This document shows positions 53,836 to 64,000 of a DNA stretch of 64,000 bases, in pieces. Both the position numbers and the translations under genes were made by a program. Source of the DNA: the human T2T-CHM13v2.0 reference genome, Homo sapiens; the NCBI RefSeq assembly GCF_009914755.1, contig NC_060939.1, one strand, 5' to 3'. Every line of letters starts with the position of its first letter. The stretch's first letter is position 1. The notes below the pieces were generated by a model that was not told the origin of the DNA, made no database searches, and worked only from the letters and a program-made list of their open reading frames with translations.

Positions 53836-54886
53836 TGAGTCACTGCTCCCGGCCTCCTCTCTGCCCCTGTAAGTAGAAATACTACGGCTGGGCAAGGTGG
53901 CTCATGCCTGTAATCCCAGCACTTTGGGAGGCGAAGGTTGCAGTGAGCCGAGATCACGCCATTGCACTCCAGCCTGGGTGACAAAGCGGGACTCCGTCTC
54001 AAAAAAAAAAAAAAAAAAAAGAAATACTATGAATTGAGAGAGATTTAGAATTAGGGGTAGGGGAAGCAGGAACTCAGGGCCCCCTGTCCCACACAGAAAG
54101 TGTGCTGCCTCTGTGACAGTGATGTATCTCAGGCTGGTGGCTGAGGTGGGAAGTTTGTCAAGGCTGTAAGTGGCATCCATCCCATGTCCGAGAAGCCCAT
54201 TTTGACCAGTAGAAAAGGATGGCCTTTAGGGTGGGATTCCCTATCAGCTCAGGAAATGGTGCGGAGGGAATGAAGAGAGATAAGGAAGTAAAAGGCTGGG
54301 TTGGGCTCTGGGTCCAACATCCTCTAGAATGAATCTTACTAATGTCAGCTGGAATCAAGAGGAGGAGGCTCCCCTTCACTGGAAACTTGAAGTCCCCCTC
54401 AGAGAAAAGGCGGGAGAGAGGGCTTGGAAAAGTGACAAGTGCCCAAGAGCAGCCCAGGCAATTCTGCCTTCGGCCCCAGACTATTGTCTGCCTGCCCTGA
54501 CTCAGCCCAAACTCAGAAACTGTGGATTCTGGAAAGTAACGAGACTTTTCCTTTGGGAAAGGGTCCTGAAGCTGACCCACAGTGCTCAAGAAAATTGGCA
54601 GAGAGGCCAGGCACAGTGGCTCACACCTGTAATCCCAGTATTTTGGGATGCCGAGGTGGGCGGATTACCTAAGGTCAGGAGTTTGAGACCAGCCTGGCCA
54701 ACATGGTGAAACCCTGTCTGTACTAATAATACAAAAATGAGCCGAACATGGTGGTGGGCACCTGTAATCCCAGCTACTCATGAGGCTGTGGCAGGAGAAT
54801 CGCTTGAACCCATGAGGTGGAGGTTGCAGTCAGCCAAGATCGCACCATTGCACTCCAGCCTGGACGACAAGCGTGAAACTTCATCT

Positions 54887-55046
54887 AAAAAAAAAAAAGA
54901 AGAAGAAGAAGAAGAAAGAGAGGAAGAGGAAGAAGCAGAGAAGAATAGGAGGAGGAGGAGGGGAAGGGGAAGTGGAAGGGGAAGGGGAAGAGAGGGAGAG
55001 GAAGAAGAAGAAGAAAGAAGGAAGAAGAAGGAAGAAGGAAGAAGAA
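54887..55046 (+). repeat. Purine-rich (GAA/GGA/GGGAA) tract derived from an Alu poly(A) tail
   Basis: About 160 nt almost purely A/G directly following an Alu. Confidence 0.9.
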
Positions 55047-55083
55047 CATAATTGCCAGAGAGCTCAGTGAAACAGAGACAGAG

Positions 55084-55829
<746 letters not shown>

Positions 55830-56899
55830 GAAACAGAGACAGAGATATCTGGCCCCTGCCATCCATGTCTTGACAGTGCCTCATGAGTCTCTCCTCCTGC
55901 TGCCGCCTGGGGGCGCCCCCAGCTGGGTCTCAGGCTGCTGCCAGCACTGCTGTTGTTATCATTAGGGTAATTAATAAACAAGCACTGCTGGGGCCAAGTG
56001 GAAGAAGAGGCAGGCCCCTGCTGCTCAGGAGAATCCCTGAAAAGATCCAGTGAGCCTGCGGCAACCGGAGCTGAGTGGCTGGTCCCTCCTCTCTACCCAG
56101 GACCTCTGGAAGGGGTGTGGGGTGGGCTTCCCCCTGGAGGGAAGGGCAAGGGGAGGAGCACACTTGGTAGGCTTGGTTTGGAACCAGCTCTGCATGTGCC
56201 TAACAGGATGTCTGTGGGCAAGGCCACCCTCGTGATTACTGGTTGTGGGGCAGGCTCTGAAGCAATTATTCATTCATTTAACAGGCATCTGCCTATTTAT
56301 TTATGGAAAGCCTACTGTGTGCAAGGTGGTCTACTAATAATAGCTAATGTTTGACTGGACAGTGTGACGACACAGCCAACTTTCACACCAGGTCCTGGGA
56401 AAAGGGGTAGAAGCAGGGGAAGCAACCAGGAAAAATGACAGCCCAAAAAGATACGGGCAATTAGGCTTTGGCCTGTGTAGTGTAGTGGTGGGGATATATA
56501 TTAGGTAAAACCTGGGGATTACCAAGATCTTGGGAAACTCAGGACCCAAGTTGGAAAACATACGGCAATTGGGGCTGGAGAAAATGGGCATTTTTCAGGT
56601 GGGAGGGACTTGGAGATAAAGGCATGGCAATAGGACATGAATATGGGGATTTTGGGTGAATGGCTCAATGAAAGGGAGGCACGAAGGGATGCTAGCCGAT
56701 CCTGTTGGGGGAGCCCCGGGTCACGGCAGTTTCGGGGAGCCAGATGGATGGGAGTGTCTAGGGGTTGAGGTGCTCTAAGTCCTGAGAGGGGGATGCTGGA
56801 TTCTGGGATCAGAGTCCGAACAAGAGTTGGGGTGTGGTGGGGGCTGACAGCGGGGTTTTGAGGGAAGGCTCTGGAGGGCTGGGTTAGAAAAGATGCCGG

Positions 56900-57930
56900 A
56901 GCGGGTTTAGGGAAAGGAGGGGCGTGGCCGGGGAGCCCATCCTGGAGGCCAAGCCGGATCCTCAGGTTTGGCCAGGGGGCGGCTGGGGCCGGCGTGCCGG
57001 CGGGGCGCCGGCGGGGCCGCGGGGGTTTGCGGCGCTGGCTGGGATTCGCGCTCCGAGCCAGTCGCCGGGGCTCCGCGGGGGGGCGGTGCGAGCTCGGGCT
57101 GCGGGCGGGCCGGGAGGAGGCGGCGGCTCCGAGAAGAACATGAATCAGCGGCGGCGACGGCGGCGACGGCAGTGGAAGGAGCGCGGTGGCGCGGGAGCGG
57201 CCCCGGGGACCCCGCGCTGCTGACGGCGGCGACCGCGGCCGGAGGCGGGCGCGGGTCTCGGAGGCGGTCGCCTCAGCACCGCCCCACGGGCGGCCCCAGC
57301 CCCTCCCGCAGCCCTCCTCCCTCCCGCTCCCTTCCCGCCGCCTCCTCCCCGCCCTCCTCCCTCCTCGCTCGCGGGCCGGGCCCGGCATGGTGCGGCGTCG
57401 CCGCCGATGGCGCTGAGGCGGAGCATGGGGCGGCCGGGGCTCCCGCCGCTGCCGCTGCCGCCGCCACCGCGGCTCGGGCTGCTGCTGGCGGCTCTGGCTT
57501 CTCTGCTGCTCCCGGAGTCCGCCGCCGCAGGTAGGGGCTGGCACGGGAGGCGGCGGGAAGCGGGGGGCTGCGGAGGGGCGCGGCCGGGGGTCGGAGCCCG
57601 GGGCGGGCCTGGCGGGCTGGAGTCGGGGTGGGGGTCCGGAGCCGAAGGCCGAGGCTCGGGGCCGGGACAGGGCACGCTGCGGAGTGCTCGCCGCCAGATC
57701 TCCGGCCGGGCCCCCACCCCCAACTTTCTGGCGCTCGGGGCTCTTCTGGCGGGGTGGAAGAGAAGGGAGCGGGGTGTGGGCTGTGTGGTCAGCGGGGAGT
57801 GTTTGGGACTGCATTTTCCCGCCTCGATGTTCCCAGCTGTTAGCTCCCTCCTTCCCAGTACTGGGGACCCCATTCTGCCTGCCCCGCACGCGAAGGTCCG
57901 CCTCGGAAACCACACGGGCCGGGGCTGGGC
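56900..57930. promoter_or_regulatory. TYRO3: TYRO3 CpG-island promoter / exon 1
   Basis: Very GC- and CpG-rich with multiple GC boxes (GGGGCGG, GGGGCGTGG), surrounding the ATG at 57407. Confidence 0.85.
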
Positions 57931-58536
57931 ACCCAAAGGCCACCCTGATACCATTTAGGTACACAGGGGCTGTGAGGGTGCCCAGTCACAAAAAACAAAT
58001 GGGCACACTCGAGTTCCTGTGCCCTCAGAGCTTCCTGAAAGCAGAACCTTGGAGAGGATGGGCTGGTGCCAGGTTGCTGGTCTTTGGGAGGGGTTAGTCT
58101 TGTGTTCCCACATAGCCACTGAGGCATTTGCTGGTGACAAGAGCGTTCCATGCAGCACGGTGCTCTCCAAGTTCCCACCCCGCACCTCGGGGACTGATGG
58201 GCATATAGGGAGCGGGAGGCTGGCCCCCATCCTGTGACTGGTCCTGAGAGGGTGAAGGGAGCAGGGAAGAGCCACAGGCCAGGACAGCGGCCACCCGCTG
58301 GCATCTTCTCTTGAGACAGCATTCCTTGCCATATCAGCCTCTCAGGGAAGGGAAGGGAAACGGGGTGACGAGTATTTACAAGCCGAAAGGTGCGGACCTG
58401 ATGCTCAGGGAGCCCACGACTTTGCCTAGAGTCACACAGCAAAGGGTGAGAAGAAGCAGGGCTGGATTTCAGTTATGTGGATACTTGACCTGCCCCTCTC
58501 TCTGCTTAAAAACATGCCAGGAGGCCAGGAGAGGTG

Positions 58537-58592
<56 letters not shown>

Positions 58593-61500
58593 CGCGCGCG
58601 CGCGCGCTCGCACGCAAGTTCCAAAGAGTGGCCCCTGTTAATGTGGCAGTGGCTCAGGGGTCTTAGGCTCCCTGCTCAGGGCCCCAGCCCTCCCTTCTGC
58701 CTCCCACCTTCCTAGCACTCGCCCCTGCCCACATTCAGGTATTAATAGAGTGGATGGCTGCCAGGAAGGCTGCCATGTGTTTGATCTGACGTGGTTTTGC
58801 AGCCATATGTTCTCCACTTCAGGGGAGCACCCCCTCCTTTCCTTCTTCAGCCCTGCTCCATTTGGTAAGGTTGGGTGCAGAGGGTGCTGGCAGCAATTCA
58901 GGGTCTGGGCTGACACCTTGGGTGGAGAGCTGGCAGCCTGTTGCACTAGTTGGGTGCAGCAGTCATTCCTAGAGCAGTGCCTGCCCCAGTAGGGTAACTC
59001 CCATCGTTTCAGCCCAGCCTGCCTTCCTTTTGCTGTCTGGGCTCAGAAGGAGGACATGGGGAAGAGGTGCTTAGAGCCGGAGGGAACTTGGAGAGCTTGC
59101 CATGCCCCTTCCCTTCGCCCAGGTCCAGCGACCTTCCCTTCCACACTGTCCTACCTCTGCTTCCTTGACTTTGGCTGAGAAAGAGCCCTCTGTCTGACAC
59201 AGAAGCTACCTTCTAGAAGAGAATGGGAACTGTTTACAGAGACAGAGTCCCTCTCAAGGCTGACACATGTTCCTTCCCACCCCTCAGGTCTGAAGCTCAT
59301 GGGAGCCCCGGTGAAGCTGACAGTGTCTCAGGGGCAGCCGGTGAAGCTCAACTGCAGTGTGGAGGGGATGGAGGAGCCTGACATCCAGTGGGTGAAGGAT
59401 GGGGCTGTGGTCCAGAACTTGGACCAGTTGTACATCCCAGTCAGCGAGCAGCACTGGATCGGCTTCCTCAGGTGCAGGCCTGTGGGGGAAGGTGTGGGCT
59501 GCCAGCCAGGGGGCAGGCTATGCTCTTTCCTTGGGGATTGGGAGCTGGGGCCCTCTCCTGATGCCCAGAGGTCTGTGGTTTTTTTATTTGGCTACCTGTG
59601 GGACCTTCCAGAAGTGGGGGCAGGCTGAACTCATCAAGTTTGCCCAGCAGAGCTGCCGCCCTTGCCCTCGGAAGCAAGCCTCGTATCCTGTTTCCACAGC
59701 CTGAAGTCAGTGGAGCGCTCTGACGCCGGCCGGTACTGGTGCCAGGTGGAGGATGGGGGTGAAACCGAGATCTCCCAGCCAGTGTGGCTCACGGTAGAAG
59801 GTGAGGAGGCAGAGCCATATGGGCGTGTTGGCCTGGAGCACGTGCTGTCTGCTGGTGACTATACCTCTGCAGCGGAGAACTCAGTAGAAGCTGGGCTGCC
59901 CCACTGCTCTGTGGGGCCTGGTTGTCCAGGCTGTAGGCCCACTCCAGATGTCGGAAGACCCTACCAGTTGGAGTTGGGTATCTGAGAACCAAGGGACCAA
60001 CTGGGATCCACAACCTGTGGGGTGCAGTCTGTTTCCGTTGCTTGAGCAACAAGCTTCAAGCATCCATCTGGGACTGGACCCTGTTCTGCCAAGTGGCCTG
60101 GCCAGCAGGGGGAGGGGAGGAAGGCTCTGCAGCTGCGGGAGCTCAGAGCTGTTCAGCCCAGGAAAACAAAGTGACTAAGAAAGTAACAAAGGGCCCTGAA
60201 TGGGAGCTGGGGCCTGGCAGCAGAACTCTGCTAAAGCTCCCACCCACTCCCCTGAGTTTTATGCCCCTCTCCCAGCTCTCCACCCCCAGTCTCCTCTCTT
60301 ACTGCAAGAAGAGCTGTCCAAATCTGCCATGCCTAAGGGGGCAGCATGGAAGATGTGTCTAAGGTGCCAGGCATGGTGGCGTGTGCCTGTAGTCCCAGCT
60401 ACTCCGGAGGCTAAGGCCAGAGGATCACTTGAGCCCCCAGGAGTTCCAGGCCAGCCTGGGCAACATAGAGAGACCTCCCCACGACCAATCTCAAAAAAAA
60501 AAAAAAAAAAAAAAAAATTCCTAAGGAGCCTGAAAAAGAGAAGCACCGCCTACCTCTCAAGCTAGATGCCTGTTCTGCTGTTGACCTAATCATAAGGGGC
60601 CTGTGGGAACCTTCTGCGTGGAGGACTTCAGATGTAAACAGACTTGTGATTTGTACAGTAGGAAGCCAAGAGGTGGCAGGGCTCACTCCTCACTCCCCTT
60701 CTCTCCTAGGTGTGCCATTTTTCACAGTGGAGCCAAAAGATCTGGCAGTGCCACCCAATGCCCCTTTCCAACTGTCTTGTGAGGCTGTGGGTCCCCCTGA
60801 ACCTGTTACCATTGTCTGGTGGAGAGGAACTACGAAGATCGGGGGACCCGCTCCCTCTCCATCTGTTTTAAATGTAACAGGTGAGCAGCCTCAGAAGGGG
60901 GCTGGGAGTGGAGAAGGAGCTGGGTCCTGGAGGGCACTGAAGCTGGCAGTTTCAGCCACTGAGCTTGCGGTTGTGAGCGTCCAGAGCAAGCCCCAGTGTC
61001 TGGGGACGTGAGCTGCACCATTACTAAGCTCATTAGTCAGGTGTGCTAGGCTGGCTGGGTGGGCTGATTAGTGGTGATCCTGCTGTGTGTGCTTAAGGAG
61101 GGTGTGGGGCCACCTTTGGTTCACAGCAGTCCAGGCCATGCACAGCTGGCCCTCAGAGATGAATTGTATGAGACCAGGGGCACCCATCCCCCACCCCTCC
61201 CAAGGAAAGGAGCCAGAAACCAGCCCACGCAGAACTAGGGAGGAGTATCTGGCAGACACTGAGAAGACAAGACTCTCAGGCTGCAGAGAGGGGAGAGGAG
61301 GGAGAGAGAAGGGGTAGGGGGAGGTTAGCACAAAGATACAGGGCCTCCTCCCCTAATGGCGCTTTCCGGGAAACCTCCACACGTTTTCTCAAACAACTGT
61401 GTCTGTCCATACCTCTGCACAGTCACACCTGCACACCCACCTGGGCCCCAAGTTTCTTGGGCACATACCCTCACATGCTTGTAAGGCTTGCTTATTTGTG

Positions 61501-63303
61501 AAACAAAGGCTTGCTTATTTGTTTCTGGTTGAGGCTTGAATTGGGCAAAAAAGATGGGAGTCTGAGCTTGGTCTCATGTGCTGGAAGGTGCCAGGGAAAT
61601 GGGCGCTGAGCTAGGTTCTCCAGCAATTTGAATCTTGACAAGAGGTGGACTATGAGACCTCTTGGAAGCAAGTGCAGGTCCTGTTCAGGAGGTGCTGAGG
61701 TGGAGCAGATTAGAGAGGAGGTTGGGTTCACTTCCTTCCAGGTGTGCGTGGTTGGGACCCTCAGGCAGGCAGCCTGATAATAAGCACTCACTGAACTCCT
61801 ACTCCACACCACACTGTGCTAGGCACCACAGGGGACAGAGGGAATACAAAGGAAATAGAAGCTAAAGAACTGAGTATAACTGGGGAGACAAGACACGTGC
61901 ATAAAGAGCTGAGAACTACTGCAAGGCAGAGAGTCTGCAAATAACAACCCCAAGGGGGCACAGAGCAAACAGAAGGGCTCACTCTGGTATGCGCAATAAA
62001 AGAGTGACCAGAAAAGGGGGGCAATTTGTGCTGTGTGTGGGAGATGGGATGGAGGTGGGAGGGTGGTATAACGTTTCTCAAGGGCTTATTTAGCATGCCG
62101 TGCACTTGACACACATTACCTGATTCTCACAATTCTCCCATTTGAGAGATGAGAAAACAGAGCCCTCTCCAGGCTCACCAGACTCTAGTGTCCCTGTTCA
62201 TTTCACCGTACCTCACTGCCCAGCCCCTTCCTTTGGCAGGAGGGATTTAAGGATGTTCAGACCAGAGCCTGAGTATTCCCCTTTCCCAGTCCCGCACTGA
62301 GTGGGGTTGCTGCTTGGGGAGCTGACTGAGGTTTTCTGGCCCCAGGGGTGACCCAGAGCACCATGTTTTCCTGTGAAGCTCACAACCTAAAAGGCCTGGC
62401 CTCTTCTCGCACAGCCACTGTTCACCTTCAAGGTAGGAGGGCTGGCAGGGAGGAAGGGTGGATGAGGCCAGGGGCATTCCCAGCGAGCTGTCCAGCAGTT
62501 AGAATCATTCTGTGTTCCAGCTCCCCTTGTGGTCCTGCTGGGATCTAGGGAGCAAGGGGTTAATTGGCATAGCTCCCATTCCTAGTGGGAGCACCTGAGA
62601 CCCTGCGTGGCTGAGATGAGAATAGAATCCTGACGTCACAGCAGATTTCCCATCACGAAGCAGAGTCCTTGGGAGGGAGGGAAGGAGGGAGGGAGGCAGC
62701 AGGAGATGGTCAAGGCCCATGCCCAGCCTTGTTTCTGCCCCTCCCTTTGAGGGGATGGGGGTGGGGAAAACAGCCTAGTACCGGATGGAGGAGACCAGAG
62801 GGCTGGTGTACAGAGAGAGGGGGAGGGAGAGGGTGTCTGCAGGAGCCAGGCTGTGGCTGCAGGGGCAGCTGCCTGTCTCTCCCTTGTATCTCCCAAGCCT
62901 GAGGTGCTGCCCCCACATACCCTCTCATCTTATTCCTCAGTTACACAGGGCCTTCGTGGCAGGGAGAGGCAACCTCTCTCCACAGCCCAGGCACTCTCCC
63001 AGGTGTGAGCAGCTGTGCCCTACTGGTTGCTTATTTGTGTACTGCTGTGATCCTGGGAGTGCTGAGTAGCCGTCTTTAGGTTGGGGATGCCCTGGACCCT
63101 CAGAGAGACTCAAGGCTTGACTCCCATGCCTCCTGCTGCCTCTGCTCATATCCCTACTGGGCACTGATTCTGAGTCCCCGTCCACAGCACTGCCTGCAGC
63201 CCCCTTCAACATCACCGTGACAAAGCTTTCCAGCAGCAACGCTAGTGTGGCCTGGATGCCAGGTGCTGATGGCCGAGCTCTGCTACAGTCCTGTACAGTT
63301 CAG
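57407..63303 (+). CDS. TYRO3: Tyrosine-protein kinase receptor TYRO3 (TAM family), first 6 coding exons; gene continues beyond the window
   Basis: Exons 57407-57530, 59288-59471, 59700-59800, 60710-60880, 62346-62432, 63188-63303 splice in frame: signal peptide MALRRSMGRPGLPPLPLPPPPRLGLLLAALASLLLPESAAA, Ig1 (VKLNCSV...GRYWCQV), Ig2 (FQLSCEAVGPPEP...FSCEAHN), start of FN3 (LPAAPFNITV). Confidence 0.97.
58543..58606 (+). repeat. (TG)21(CG)11 compound dinucleotide repeat in TYRO3 intron 1
   Basis: Seen directly. Confidence 0.95.
60365..60517 (+). mobile_element. Alu monomer (FLAM/FAM-like)
   Basis: Monomer-length Alu sequence ending in poly(A). Confidence 0.75.
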
Positions 63304-63569
63304 GTAGGCTCTCCGGGCCGGGCCATGCTCGTTCTGGCTGCATGGCCAGCACTTTGTTGACAGGGATATCACACTCACTAGCCAGCTCCTGGGGGCTTGG
63401 TCTGCAGCTCTTTTCAGGCTCTGCTCCTTAGCAGGAAGAACACAGGCCACTGTCTCTTATCATGGGGTGCTCTGGCAACTAAGTGACTTTGCAGATTGGC
63501 TCAAACTCATGCATTCATAAGGTTGGAAAGCAGATCACTAGAACAGATTTGGGGTACCTGGAAGGTTTT

Positions 63570-63890
<321 letters not shown>

Positions 63891-64000
63891 CGAGTTTTTC
63901 TTACTTAGGTGAAAGCTCAAACCTTTGCTGATACTCACCCTATCATGCTCCACCTTACCCCCCAACCCCCACTCAAGCCAAAGAGAACAAGATGACCAGA

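Noticed and set aside
53887-54020. Short Alu joining the left-arm start to the right-arm end
   Set aside because: Ordinary internal deletion between the homologous monomers.
56519-57964. 481-aa minus-strand ORF and other long ORFs over the TYRO3 CpG island
   Set aside because: Low-complexity Pro/Arg/Ala sequence expected from stop-poor GC-rich DNA, with no recognisable domain.

Overview
Human (primate) genomic DNA that matches the chr15q15.1 cluster ITPKA(+, 3' end) -> <- LTK(-, complete, 20 coding exons summing to 2595 nt = 864 aa + stop) <- RPAP1(-, complete, 24 coding exons summing to 4182 nt = 1393 aa + stop, plus a probable non-coding exon 1) ... ELOC/TCEB1 processed pseudogene(+) -> TYRO3(+, first 6 coding exons). 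Exons were placed by hand from GT-AG sites and frame continuity. Introns and intergenic DNA are very Alu-rich, with MIR, L2, old L1M and MER5A/MER20 relics. Most ORFs in the supplied track are Alu-derived or GC-rich artefacts. I found no new multi-gene system. The most interesting observations are: (1) a full-length ELOC retrocopy with 15-bp TSDs whose ORF is intact except for a 68-nt L1-like insert at the recalled parental exon junction, probably a fossil of a poison-exon isoform; (2) uORF architectures at RPAP1, TYRO3 and LTK; (3) a retroposed 5' tRNA-Glu fragment later split by an Alu; (4) a duplicated 24-bp KLF-type module flanking LTK exon 1; (5) apparent decayed homologues of rodent Tyro3 alternative N-terminal exons; (6) a long perfect Z-DNA tract in TYRO3 intron 1. 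Gene names and reference protein comparisons are from recall, not a database search.
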